Origin: Ectothiorhodospiraceae bacterium
GTDB lineage: Bacteria > Pseudomonadota > Gammaproteobacteria > Nitrococcales > AK92
NCBI GenBank assembly: GCA_029268285.1
Contig: JAJUGG010000003.1
Span: forward strand, 9,976 to 41,975
Reading direction: 5' to 3'
Length of the DNA stretch: 32,000 nt
Under the pieces are notes generated by a model, which worked only from the letters and a program-made list of their open reading frames with translations, was not told the origin of the DNA and ran no database searches. Below, piece after piece: positions 7,939 to 17,391 of the stretch. Both the position numbers and the translations under genes were made by a program. Numbering within the stretch: position 1 is the first letter of the stretch; the number at the start of each line of letters is the position of its first letter.

Positions 7939-9042
7939 CTATTCGATTCCCGTTTGTCGGGCTGCCGGAGTTCGATCTTTTTCGCTCAAACGCGTCAGCG
8001 CCCATTCGACGTGTTCGCGTACCAGTGCGGAGGGATGCGCGCGCCGGGCGTCAAGCGCGGTAACGGCTTCTGCCGTCGGCTCGCCGTTTCCCAGCGCCAC
8101 CGCGATATTGCGTAACCAGCGCTCATGGCCGAGGCGGCGGATGGCGCTGCCCTCGGTGCGAGCGAGAAAGGTTTTTTCATCCCAGGCAAAGAGTTCTATC
8201 AGGGATGCTTGATCCAGCCCGTGTCGGGGGTGGAAATCGGGTTCCGCCGTGGGTTGCGCGAACTTATTCCACGGGCAGACGGTCTGGCAGTCGTCGCAGC
8301 CGAAGATTCGATTCCCGATCAACGGGCGTAAGTCCAGTGGGATGGCGCCGTGCAGCTCGATCGTGAGATAGGAAATGCAGCGGCGGGCATCGAGCTGATA
8401 AGGGCCGACGATGGCTCGCGTCGGGCAGACTTCGAGGCAGGCGCGACAACTGCCGCAGTGGGCGCCGGCCTTTTCGTCCACGGGCAAGGGAAGGTCTGTG
8501 AACAGTTCGCCCAGGAAGAAATACGAGCCGGCTTGGCGATCGAGGAGCAGCGTGTGCTTGCCGATCCAGCCGAGTCCCGCGTTCTCCGCCAGCGCTTTCT
8601 CCAGTACCGGTGCGCTATCCACATAAACGCGATAGCCCATCGGCCCGGTAACGGATTCGATGCGCTCGGCCAGCTGCTTCAGGCGCTTACGCATCAGCTT
8701 GTGGTAGTCGCGGCCGACGGCGTAGCGCGAGACGAAGGCCGTGCCGGCTGCTTGCGGCTGCTCTTCGCGTGCCGGCATCTGTGGCGGCAGGTAGTCCATG
8801 CGCACCGAGATCACCCGCAGCGTGCCCGGGTGCAAGCGTTCTGGCCGGCTCCGCTTGACGCCGTGGCGCCCCATGTAGTGCATATCGCCCTGAAAGCCGA
8901 GGCGCAGCCAGCGTAATAGGTGCGCCTCATGAGTTCCGAGGTCGATCCCGGTGATGCCGGCCGCGGCGAAGCCGAGCTCTCGGGCCCAGGCCTTTATTTG
9001 GTCGGCTAACGCGCGCGATTCAGAGCGGTTCAGATCAGGCAT
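7939..9042 (-). CDS. queG: Epoxyqueuosine reductase QueG
   Basis: GYRVYVDSAPVLEKALAENAGLGWIGKHTLLL; two 4Fe-4S motifs CGSCRACLEVCPTRAI and CDDCQTVCPWN. Start set at MPDLNRSESRAL; the ORF track start is 9084. Confidence 0.95.
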   Translation of the reverse strand: MPDLNRSESRALADQIKAWARELGFAAAGITGIDLGTHEAHLLRWLRLGFQGDMHYMGRHGVKRSRPERLHPGTLRVISVRMDYLPPQMPAREEQPQAAGTAFVSRYAVGRDYHKLMRKRLKQLAERIESVTGPMGYRVYVDSAPVLEKALAENAGLGWIGKHTLLLDRQAGSYFFLGELFTDLPLPVDEKAGAHCGSCRACLEVCPTRAIVGPYQLDARRCISYLTIELHGAIPLDLRPLIGNRIFGCDDCQTVCPWNKFAQPTAEPDFHPRHGLDQASLIELFAWDEKTFLARTEGSAIRRLGHERWLRNIAVALGNGEPTAEAVTALDARRAHPSALVREHVEWALTRLSEKDRTPAARQTGIE

Positions 9043-9074
9043 AAAACCATTGTAACCCGGTATACTTCTCCTCA

Positions 9075-10556
9075 ATGACAACACCGCAGCACTATCTGTA
9101 CTTGCCGGAACAGACGCGCGAACTCGACCGCATCGCGATCGAGGACTGTGGCGTGCCCGGTTACACCTTGATGCAACGTGCCGGAGCCGCTGCCTATGAG
9201 TTGTTGCGCAAGCGCTGGCCGGATGCGCGTCGGCTCGCGATCGTGTGCGGCGTCGGCAACAACGCGGGTGACGGCTACGTCATAGGCCGGTTGGCGTTGC
9301 AGGACGGGTTTCATGTGGACCTGTTGGGTCTCGGTGACCCGGCCAAGCTGCGCGGCGATGCGCGTACCGCTCACGACGATTATCTCGCTGTGGGCGGAAG
9401 CGTTCTGGCATTCGACAGCCGCCAGCTCGCCAAGTGTGATGTCATCGTCGATGCCGTGTTCGGAACCGGGCTCGATCGTGAGGTCGAAGGTGCCTGGGCG
9501 GAGGCCGTGGCAGCCATAAATGCTACGGAGTGCCCGGTATTGGCGGTGGATATTCCTTCCGGCTTGCATGGCGCGCGCGGAACGGTGCTCGGGCACGCCG
9601 TGCACGCTGAGGTCACCGCCACTTTCATCGGGCGCAAGGCCGGCCTGTACACCGGCGCAGGGCCGGAGCATTGTGGCGAGATCGTGTTCTTTGACTTGGC
9701 CGTGCCCGCGGAGGTCTATACGCGCGTCGCGCCGTTCGCCCGCTTAACCGGGGACGAAGTGCGCGCGCCCTTGCGACGTCCTCGACCGCGTGGGGCGCAC
9801 AAAGGCCTGTTCGGGCATGTCCTGGTCGTCGGCGGCGATCATGGCATGGGTGGCGCCGTGCGCATGGCCGCTGAGGCCGCCGCCCGCGTTGGCGCCGGCC
9901 TGACCAGTGTCGCCACTCGCAGCGTGCACTGCGCCGGACTCCTGTCCGCGCGCCCCGAGCTTATGTGCCATGCGCTCGATAGCGCGCAAGACCTCGAGCC
10001 TTTGCTGGCGCGCGCCAGCGTGGTTGCCGTAGGCCCAGGTCTGGGCCGTTCGGCATGGGCGCGTGGGCTGCTTGAGGCCGTGCTGGCTTTCAAGGGGCCC
10101 TTGGTCGTCGATGCAGATGCGCTCAACTTGCTGAGTGAAGCGCCAAGGCGCAACGCCCGCTGGATTCTGACGCCCCATCCGGGCGAAGCTGCGCGGTTGC
10201 TGGGGTGTCGCGCCGCACAGGTGCAGGCGGATCGTTTCGCAGCGGCGGAGGCGTTGTGCAACCGCTATGGAGGCGTCGTCATTCTCAAGGGAGCGGGAAC
10301 CATCGTGCGCAGCGAATCGGGCGCAATACGGGTTGTAAGCGGAGGTAATCCTGGCATGGCGAGCGGCGGCATGGGCGACACCCTGACCGGCGTCGTCGCC
10401 GGCTTGCTGGCACAAGGACTCGATAGCGACGTCGCTGCGACAATGGGAGCTTACCTGCACGCCGCCGCCGGGGATCGAGCTGCGGCGGGGCAGGGCGAGC
10501 GCGGGCTCCTCGCTAGCGATCTCCTGCCGCATCTGCGACGGTTGGTGAATCCATGA
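9075..10556 (+). CDS. nnr: Bifunctional NAD(P)HX epimerase / ADP-dependent NAD(P)HX dehydratase
   Basis: N-terminal YjeF_N (CGVGNNAGDGYVIGRLAL, DAVFGTGLDREV) and C-terminal carbohydrate-kinase-like domain (GHVLVVGGDHGMGGAVRMAAEAA, TPHPGEAARLLG, NPGMASGGMGDTLTGV). Confidence 0.95.
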   Translation: MTTPQHYLYLPEQTRELDRIAIEDCGVPGYTLMQRAGAAAYELLRKRWPDARRLAIVCGVGNNAGDGYVIGRLALQDGFHVDLLGLGDPAKLRGDARTAHDDYLAVGGSVLAFDSRQLAKCDVIVDAVFGTGLDREVEGAWAEAVAAINATECPVLAVDIPSGLHGARGTVLGHAVHAEVTATFIGRKAGLYTGAGPEHCGEIVFFDLAVPAEVYTRVAPFARLTGDEVRAPLRRPRPRGAHKGLFGHVLVVGGDHGMGGAVRMAAEAAARVGAGLTSVATRSVHCAGLLSARPELMCHALDSAQDLEPLLARASVVAVGPGLGRSAWARGLLEAVLAFKGPLVVDADALNLLSEAPRRNARWILTPHPGEAARLLGCRAAQVQADRFAAAEALCNRYGGVVILKGAGTIVRSESGAIRVVSGGNPGMASGGMGDTLTGVVAGLLAQGLDSDVAATMGAYLHAAAGDRAAAGQGERGLLASDLLPHLRRLVNP

Positions 10557-11011
10557 AAACCTTTCGCCTGGAACTGGCCGATAGCGAGGCGACCGAGCAG
10601 TTGGGCGCGCGTCTTGCGGAGCGCTTGCCGGACGCGCTAATCGTTTACCTGCACGGTGATCTGGGCGCGGGGAAGACCACGCTCGCGCGAGGTTTGCTGC
10701 GTGCGTTGGGCCATGAGGGCGCTGTCCGCAGCCCGACCTACACCCTGATCGAGCCCTACCGCGTCGGTGGGCACACCTTGTACCACCTGGACCTGTATCG
10801 GCTTGCCGACCCGGAGGAACTTGACTACCTCGGGCTTCGCGACTTTCTAGGCGAGCCTTGCGTGCTGCTGGTGGAGTGGCCGCAGCGCGGCGAGGGTATG
10901 CTGCCGGAGCCGGATTTGCACGTGCGCTTGGAGTACGCGGACACGTCACGGGTCGCCTTGCTTGAAGCGGCCAGCGAGCGCGGCGAGGCCTTCCTGGCCT
11001 CTGTCGCTTGA
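10553..11011 (+). CDS. tsaE: tRNA t6A biosynthesis ATPase TsaE
   Basis: VYLHGDLGAGKTTLARGLLRALGHEGAVRSPTYTLIEPY...YHLDLYRLADPEELDYLG; 152 aa. Confidence 0.95.
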   Translation: MKTFRLELADSEATEQLGARLAERLPDALIVYLHGDLGAGKTTLARGLLRALGHEGAVRSPTYTLIEPYRVGGHTLYHLDLYRLADPEELDYLGLRDFLGEPCVLLVEWPQRGEGMLPEPDLHVRLEYADTSRVALLEAASERGEAFLASVA

Positions 11012-11217
11012 GAGGCGTGCCTGCGAGTTCCCGTAGCAGCTTGAGAATACTCGAATTAGTTCTTAAACCAATCTTTAGGAAGTCGGTCTATCCTACTCAG
11101 TGAGTTCGCTTTTATTGAAATTAAAGCGAGCTTATGCGTTACTTAGAAGCAACGATCTAGCTGGCCCTCGAGACGAGGGCAGGCTGTCCCGAACACTAAT
11201 AATCCGGCGAGCAGCCC

Positions 11218-12492
11218 ATGGCACGTATCCTTTTCCTGTTGCTCGTCCTGTTCCCGCTCAGCGCCACTGCGGCCAGCGTCAACGGAATCCGCACCTGGGC
11301 CGGTCCGGACGAAACCCGAGTGGTGTTCGATCTCAGTGACACGGTCGAGCACACGCTTTTCAAACTAGACAACCCGCCTCGGGTCGTACTGGACTTCAAG
11401 TCCACCCGAATGGACCCCGCGTTGGTGCAGGGAAAGGGGCCTACCGGCCTGGTGCAGAAAATTCGCAGCGGCGCGCGCGATGGCAATGTCTTACGCGTGG
11501 TGCTCGATCTGTCCGATGATGCGCGCGCGCAGAGCTTTATGCTGCGGCCGAGCGGGAGCTACGGCTACCGACTGGTCGTCGATCTGGAGCAGGAAGGTCG
11601 CGCGACCGCCCCGGTCAAGCGCGCGGCCAAGCCCGAGGCGCGGCCGCTCATCATCGCCATCGACGCCGGGCACGGCGGCGAGGATCCAGGGGCCATCGGG
11701 CCGGGTGGCACATATGAAAAGCATATTGTGCTGGACGTGGCGAAAAAGCTTGCCCATCTCATCGAGCAAGAGCCCGGCATGGAGCCCTTGCTGATTCGCA
11801 CCGGCGACTACTATGTAGGGCTGCGGGCGCGGCGTGAGAAGGCGCGCGAGCACGGAGCGGACATATTCATTTCCCTGCACGCAGATGCCGTTCCGGCGCG
11901 TAGTGCCCGCGGCGGCTCGGTCTATACCCTCTCGCGCAACGGCGCTTCCACCGAGGCGGCGAGGCTGCTCGCGCAGCGCGAGAACTCGGCGGATTTGATC
12001 GGCGGCGTGTCGCTGGACGACAAGGAAGATCTGGTTGCCACTGTGCTGCTGGATCTGTCCCGCGCTGCGAACACCGAGTCCAGCATGCAGCTGGCATCCG
12101 CTATGCTCAAGCAACTCGGGACGGTCGGGCGCTTGCACAAGACCAGCGTAGAGCAGGCTGGGTTCGCGGTGCTGAAATCGCTAGACATGCCATCCGTTCT
12201 GGTGGAGCTAGCCTTTATTTCCAACCCACAGGAAGAGGCCTTGCTCAAGAACAGTTCGCACCAGTGGAAACTCGCGCGCGCTATCTTGTCGGGGGTGTTG
12301 GACTATCGTAATCGCTACATGCCCGCGGCAGCGCGTTATGCCGGTACGGCGACGCGCGAGCACGTAGTGCGGCGCGGCGATACTCTGAGCGGCATCGCCC
12401 AGAGCTATGACGTCAGTCTGGACGTGCTGCGCGCGGCCAACGGCTTGGCAGGCGATCACATCACCGTCGGCACCAAGCTGCGAATCCCCTGA
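11218..12492 (+). CDS. amiB: N-acetylmuramoyl-L-alanine amidase (AMIN + Amidase_3 + LysM)
   Basis: IAIDAGHGGEDPGAIGPGGTYEKHIVLDVAKKLA...SLHADAVPARSARGGSVYTLS...VLVELAFISNPQEE; LysM VRRGDTLSGIAQSYDVSLDVLRAANGL. Placed between tsaE and mutL. Confidence 0.92.
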   Translation: MARILFLLLVLFPLSATAASVNGIRTWAGPDETRVVFDLSDTVEHTLFKLDNPPRVVLDFKSTRMDPALVQGKGPTGLVQKIRSGARDGNVLRVVLDLSDDARAQSFMLRPSGSYGYRLVVDLEQEGRATAPVKRAAKPEARPLIIAIDAGHGGEDPGAIGPGGTYEKHIVLDVAKKLAHLIEQEPGMEPLLIRTGDYYVGLRARREKAREHGADIFISLHADAVPARSARGGSVYTLSRNGASTEAARLLAQRENSADLIGGVSLDDKEDLVATVLLDLSRAANTESSMQLASAMLKQLGTVGRLHKTSVEQAGFAVLKSLDMPSVLVELAFISNPQEEALLKNSSHQWKLARAILSGVLDYRNRYMPAAARYAGTATREHVVRRGDTLSGIAQSYDVSLDVLRAANGLAGDHITVGTKLRIP

Positions 12493-12748
12493 GAGCCTAT
12501 CCGAGCAGCTCTGCGCTACTGCGGCGGCATGGGATCGGCTTCAGCCCGCGCTCGACCCGCTCTCCCTTCACGGCGATCGGGGTTGTTCGAATAGGCTCTA
12601 AGGCGGCCACGTGGGTAGGCGACCTTCCGGCGCCTTGCCCTGAATCATCCGCGGAGAGGTCTAGCGCGCTCGCCGAAAGCCAAGCTGGGCGACTGGCCGC
12701 GGCGACGGGTCTTCCGTCATAATGTGGCGTTCATCCAGCGATTGAAGC

Positions 12749-14614
12749 ATGCTCATGCCCGCGCCGCGTATCCAACAACTCCCGCCTCATCTGGTCAACC
12801 AGATTGCCGCCGGCGAGATCATCGAGCGGCCGGCTTCCGTAGTGAAGGAGCTGGTCGAGAATAGCCTCGATGCCGGGGCTACCCGAGTCGAAATCACTAT
12901 CGAGGCCGGAGGCAAGCGCCTGATCCGCGTCCGCGACGACGGCCACGGCATTGAGCTGGACGACTTGCCCCTAGCCATGTCTCGGCATGCGACGAGCAAG
13001 ATTCGCGAGCTCGATGACCTGGAACGTGTCGCCAGCCTGGGGTTTCGCGGCGAGGCTTTGCCGAGCATAGGCTCGGTGTCCCGGATGACCGTGACCACGC
13101 GCGTTGAAACCGAAGAGCGTGGCTATCGTGTCGAGCTGCTCGGGAGCGGCCTGTTACCCGAGCCGCGTCCGGCGGCCCATCCGCGCGGCACGACCATAGA
13201 AATTCGGGATCTATTCTATAACACGCCGGCGCGGCGGAAGTTCCTGCGCGCCGACCGCACCGAGTTCCAGCACGTGCAGGAGTTGGTGAAGCGCATGGCG
13301 CTTAGCCGCTTCGACGTCGCCTTTACGTTGATCCACAATGATAAGGCCGTCATCCAAAGCCCGGCCGCTCGCACCGAGCCCGAGCGTCAGGCGCGGGTAG
13401 CGGCCTTGCTCGGCAACGGGTTCGTCGAGCAAAGCCTTTATGTGGAAGCGGATACCGCCGGCCTGAAAATCAGCGGCTGGCTGGCGCTGCCGACCTACGC
13501 CCGTGCGCAGTCGGATCTGCAGTACCTCTACATCAACGGCCGTATGGTCAGGGACCGCCTGGCCGCGCACGCGATTCGGCGTGCCTACGCCGATGTGCTG
13601 TTCAAGAACCGCTATCCGGCTTACGTGCTGTATCTCGACATCGACCCGCGTCAGGTCGACGTCAATGTGCACCCGACTAAGCACGAAGTGCGGTTCCGCG
13701 ACGGCCGAACGATCTACGACTTCCTCTTTCGGCGCCTGCACCGGGCACTCGAGGAGATGCGCCCGAACAGCGATGCCGACCAGCAGCCTGCGCCGCCGGC
13801 GCCGCGTCCGCGCGAGGATACGACTGCCGGTGCCTGGGCGCCTATCCATCAGCCCGCCTTGTCGCTGCCCACGCGAGAAGCGCCGCCAGCGTATACCGCG
13901 GTGGCGGTGCCGCAACAGGTCGAGGCCTATCGCCTGGAAGCCGCGGTCGCCGACCTGCGGCCCGCGGTCGAGCCGGCGCGGGAGCCGCGGCCTGCAGCCG
14001 CGGAAATCAGCGCAGCAGAGGGTGAAACCTGTCCGCCGCTGGGGTACGCGCTGGCACAGTTGCACGGGATCTACATCCTCGCGCAGAACGACAAGGGGCT
14101 GGTGCTGGTGGATATGCATGCCGCCCACGAGCGCATCGTTTACGAGCGCATGAAGCTTCAATTGCAGCGCGACGGCATCGCCTCGCAGCCCTTGCTGGTG
14201 CCGGTGGGGGTGGACGTCACGCCGGAAGAGGCGGATGCTGCCGAAGAGCATGCGCAGGCATTCAACACGCTCGGCTTCGAGGTCGACCGCGCCGGGCCGG
14301 ACAAGCTATTGGTACGGCGCGTGCCCGTGCTGCTGCGCGACTGGGATGCGGCCGGGCTGGTGCGGGACGTGCTCGGAGATTTGCGCGCAAACGGTAGCAG
14401 CGGACGACTGCAGCACGCGCTCAACCACGTGCTCGGCACGATAGGCTGCCACGGGTCGGTGCGCGCGCATCGACGCCTCACCTTGGCGGAAATGAACGCC
14501 CTATTGCGCGAGATGGAGCACACTCCGAACAGCGGGCAATGCAATCACGGTCGTCCCACATGGACGGCTTTGTCGATTGCTGAGCTGGATCGCCTATTCT
14601 TGAGGGGACAATGA
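12749..14614 (+). CDS. mutL: DNA mismatch repair protein MutL
   Basis: [38 protein letters not shown]...MSRHATSKI...[10 protein letters not shown]; C-terminal [12 protein letters not shown] and [10 protein letters not shown]. Confidence 0.97.
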   Translation: MLMPAPRIQQLPPHLVNQIAAGEIIERPASVVKELVENSLDAGATRVEITIEAGGKRLIRVRDDGHGIELDDLPLAMSRHATSKIRELDDLERVASLGFRGEALPSIGSVSRMTVTTRVETEERGYRVELLGSGLLPEPRPAAHPRGTTIEIRDLFYNTPARRKFLRADRTEFQHVQELVKRMALSRFDVAFTLIHNDKAVIQSPAARTEPERQARVAALLGNGFVEQSLYVEADTAGLKISGWLALPTYARAQSDLQYLYINGRMVRDRLAAHAIRRAYADVLFKNRYPAYVLYLDIDPRQVDVNVHPTKHEVRFRDGRTIYDFLFRRLHRALEEMRPNSDADQQPAPPAPRPREDTTAGAWAPIHQPALSLPTREAPPAYTAVAVPQQVEAYRLEAAVADLRPAVEPAREPRPAAAEISAAEGETCPPLGYALAQLHGIYILAQNDKGLVLVDMHAAHERIVYERMKLQLQRDGIASQPLLVPVGVDVTPEEADAAEEHAQAFNTLGFEVDRAGPDKLLVRRVPVLLRDWDAAGLVRDVLGDLRANGSSGRLQHALNHVLGTIGCHGSVRAHRRLTLAEMNALLREMEHTPNSGQCNHGRPTWTALSIAELDRLFLRGQ

Positions 14615-15567
14615 GCGAGGTCGCGGCGCCGGGTGCCCGCCCGCCAGTGATTTTTCTCATGGGGCCGACGGCCTCTGGGAAGACGGCGGCAGCGGTCGAG
14701 ATCGTGCGGCATTTGCCGGTGGAGATTATCAGTGTCGATTCGGCGCTGATCTATCGCGGGATGAATATTGGAACGGCAAAACCAAGTCCCCATGTCCTAG
14801 CGCAGGCGCCACACCGCTTAATCGATATTTTGGAGCCCGGCGAGGCCTATTCGGCGGCGCGCTTTCGCGAGGATGCGTTACGAGAGATCGCCGATATTCA
14901 AGCGCACGGCCGCGTGCCACTTCTAGTGGGGGGTACCATGCTGTACTTCCGCGCTTTGCAGTACGGTTTGTCCGAGCTGCCGAAGGCCGACCCTGCCGTG
15001 CGAGCCCGCCTCGAGGAGGAGGTTCGGGAGCAGGGCTTGCAGGCGCTCCATGCGCGATTAGCGGAAGTGGATCCACAGGCGGCGGCGCGCATTCATGCCA
15101 ACGATCCGCAGCGAATTCTGCGTGCGCTCGAGGTATACGAGCTCGCGGGGCGGCCCATGAGTGAACTGATGGCGCGGGGGCGTGTAGAACCTTTTCCTTA
15201 TTCTGTTGCCAAATGGATCGTGGCGCCGCGTGACAGGAAGTGGCTCCATCAGCGCATCGAGGCGCGCTTTCGCCAGATGCTGCGGGAAGGATTTATTGAA
15301 GAAGTGCAGGCTCTGCGTGAGCGGGGTGATCTGGACCTGAGCAAGCCGTCCATGCGAGCGGTGGGATATCGCCAGGTTTGGGAGTATCTGGAAGGTCGCT
15401 ACGACTATGAAAAGATGGTCGAGCGGGGCATTATTGCAACGCGGCAATACGCTAAGCGTCAGATGACGTGGCTGCGCTCCGAGCAGGGGGCTAGTTGGTT
15501 CATGAGCGATGATCCCGAGCTTCCCGCGCTGTTGCTAAACAGGGCGGAAGCCCTGATGGGGCAATAG
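14611..15567 (+). CDS. miaA: tRNA dimethylallyltransferase
   Basis: [46 protein letters not shown]...[10 protein letters not shown]; overlaps mutL stop by 4 nt. Confidence 0.97.
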   Translation: MSEVAAPGARPPVIFLMGPTASGKTAAAVEIVRHLPVEIISVDSALIYRGMNIGTAKPSPHVLAQAPHRLIDILEPGEAYSAARFREDALREIADIQAHGRVPLLVGGTMLYFRALQYGLSELPKADPAVRARLEEEVREQGLQALHARLAEVDPQAAARIHANDPQRILRALEVYELAGRPMSELMARGRVEPFPYSVAKWIVAPRDRKWLHQRIEARFRQMLREGFIEEVQALRERGDLDLSKPSMRAVGYRQVWEYLEGRYDYEKMVERGIIATRQYAKRQMTWLRSEQGASWFMSDDPELPALLLNRAEALMGQ

Positions 15568-15592
15568 GTTATGGGGCTGGGTGCGTGTGCTA

Positions 15593-15683
15593 AGCTTCCA
15601 GACCTTTCAGGTAGCGCGTGGTCATCGCGCGGAAGCTGCGCCGGGCGAACGGTTGGGTGCCCGCCGAGAATAAAAATCAACCG
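15593..15683 (+). promoter_or_regulatory. Candidate structured hfq leader (3-way junction, then hairpin with A-rich loop)
   Basis: agcttcc/ggaagct enclosing acct-ttc-aggt and gcgcg-tggtcat-cgcgc; then cggttg/caaccg enclosing AATAAAAAT. Confidence 0.4.
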
Positions 15684-15707
15684 AGATGTTGTGTAAGGAG
15701 TAGGCTA

Positions 15708-15959
15708 ATGGCCAAAGGGCAGTCGCTTCAAGAACCGTTTCTGAACGCTCTCCGCAAAGAGAAGATTCCGGTATCGATCTATTTGGTCAACGGGATCAAA
15801 TTGCAGGGGCAGATCGAATCTTTCGACCAGTTCGTGGTCTTACTGAAGAACAGCGTCAGTCAGATGGTGTACAAGCACGCCATCTCCACCATCGTACCGT
15901 CGCGCAACGTACGGCCTGCGGCCTCCGATGAGCGCGGCCAGGAGTTCGGTAATTTCTGA
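15708..15959 (+). CDS. hfq: RNA-binding protein Hfq
   Basis: [68 protein letters not shown]; 83 aa. Confidence 0.98.
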   Translation: MAKGQSLQEPFLNALRKEKIPVSIYLVNGIKLQGQIESFDQFVVLLKNSVSQMVYKHAISTIVPSRNVRPAASDERGQEFGNF

Positions 15960-15960
15960 G

Positions 15961-17277
15961 TTGAACCAAACGCCTACGACCACGGCAGCCGGCCTTTTCG
16001 AGCGTCCGACAGGCGGCGAGAAAGCTGTTGTGGTCCATCTGGATCTGGGTGAGATCGGCGCGGAGGAATCCATCGCCGAATTTATCGAATTGGCGGAATC
16101 GGCAGGTGCCGAAGTCCTCGAGACGTTCATCAGTCGGCGTAAAGCGCCTGATCCGCGTTACTTCATCGGTGCCGGCAAAGCCGAAGAGATTGCGACTTTC
16201 GTGCAGGGGCACGGCATCGAGGTGGTGTTGGTCAATCACGCCATCAGTCCCGCACAAGAGCGCAACCTCGAGCGGGTGTTCAAATGCCGGGTGCTCGATC
16301 GTACCGGATTGATTCTAGATATCTTCGCGCAGCGGGCTCGCTCCTTCGAGGGTAAGCTGCAGGTCGAGCTCGCGCAGTTGCGCCATATCGCGAGCCGGCT
16401 GGTCCGAGGCTGGTCGCACTTGGAGCGACAGAAAGGCGGCATCGGCCTGCGCGGCCCGGGTGAAACCCAGCTCGAAATGGACCGACGCATGCTCGGGCAG
16501 CGCATCAAGCAGCTCGAGCGCAGGCTCGTGAAGGTGCGACGTCAGCGTGAACAAGGTCGCCAAGCGAGACGTAAGCAAGAGCTGCCGGTGGTCGCGCTGG
16601 TCGGCTATACCAACGTTGGTAAATCGACCTTGTTCAACCGCGTTACAGCCGCGGAGGTGTACGCGGCCAACCAGCTGTTTGCGACCCTAGACACGACTTT
16701 GCGTCGGCTTGACCTCGACAACGGCCAGCCGGTGATCCTGGCGGACACGGTCGGCTTTATTCGCGATCTGCCGCATCACTTGGTTGCCGCTTTTCGCTCC
16801 ACTTTGGAGGAGGTCGCCGAGGCGGATTTACTGTTGCACGTCATCGACGCTTCCGACGACGAACGCGAGGAACACATCGCTCAGGTCGAAGAGGTTCTGA
16901 GCGAGATCGGAGCGGGCGAGGTGCCGACCCTGCGGGTATACAACAAGGTCGATCTCGTCGCGCGTGAGCCGAGCATCGGCTATGACGGCGACGGCCAACC
17001 GCAGGAAGTGTGGCTGTCGGCCGCCTCGGGCGAGGGCACCGAGCTCCTGGTCGAGGCGCTGGAGGCACGGCTGAGCGCCGGTCGCGTACGCGGCCGGGTC
17101 GTTCTTGCGCCGCAAGAGGGGCGCCTGCGTGCGCGCTTCTACGCGCTGGGCGAAGTATTGGACGAGCAGGTGACGGAAACCGGCGAGTCGGTCCTGGAGG
17201 TCGACCTGCCGCGGCGCGAGCTCGAGCGCCTATATCGCAGCGAAGGCCTGACGGCGCGCATCGAAGCGTCGGCCTGA
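15961..17277 (+). CDS. hflX: Ribosome-associated GTPase HflX
   Basis: G1 GYTNVGKSTLFN, G3 DTVGFIRDLP, RKAPDPRYFIGAGKAEEI, GGIGLRGPGETQLE. Start probably TTG 15961; in-frame ATG at 15928 possible. Confidence 0.93.
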   Translation: MNQTPTTTAAGLFERPTGGEKAVVVHLDLGEIGAEESIAEFIELAESAGAEVLETFISRRKAPDPRYFIGAGKAEEIATFVQGHGIEVVLVNHAISPAQERNLERVFKCRVLDRTGLILDIFAQRARSFEGKLQVELAQLRHIASRLVRGWSHLERQKGGIGLRGPGETQLEMDRRMLGQRIKQLERRLVKVRRQREQGRQARRKQELPVVALVGYTNVGKSTLFNRVTAAEVYAANQLFATLDTTLRRLDLDNGQPVILADTVGFIRDLPHHLVAAFRSTLEEVAEADLLLHVIDASDDEREEHIAQVEEVLSEIGAGEVPTLRVYNKVDLVAREPSIGYDGDGQPQEVWLSAASGEGTELLVEALEARLSAGRVRGRVVLAPQEGRLRARFYALGEVLDEQVTETGESVLEVDLPRRELERLYRSEGLTARIEASA

Positions 17278-17287
17278 GCCGCGCCGG

Positions 17288-17317
17288 AAGCCAAGGCGCG
17301 CCGGTGCGCCTTGGCTT
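17288..17317 (+). terminator. Strong hairpin between hflX and hflK, candidate terminator or processing site
   Basis: aagccaaggcgc / gcgccttggctt, 12 bp perfect, 6-nt interior gccggt; no T-run. Confidence 0.45.
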
Positions 17318-17391
17318 GTGCGTCCCGTGTCTTTAGAATCCACCACCTGACGCGACCACGATAATCGACGCGCGGACTCACGGAGAAAAGC

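Noticed and set aside
9744-10949. 401-aa minus-strand ORF opposite nnr/tsaE
   Set aside because: Its composition (Arg/Ala/Pro-rich, no domain) matches a mirror of high-GC codon bias. The plus-strand genes are clear.
13211-14251. 346-aa minus-strand ORF opposite mutL
   Set aside because: It is a shadow ORF over conserved MutL coding sequence with no start context or motifs.
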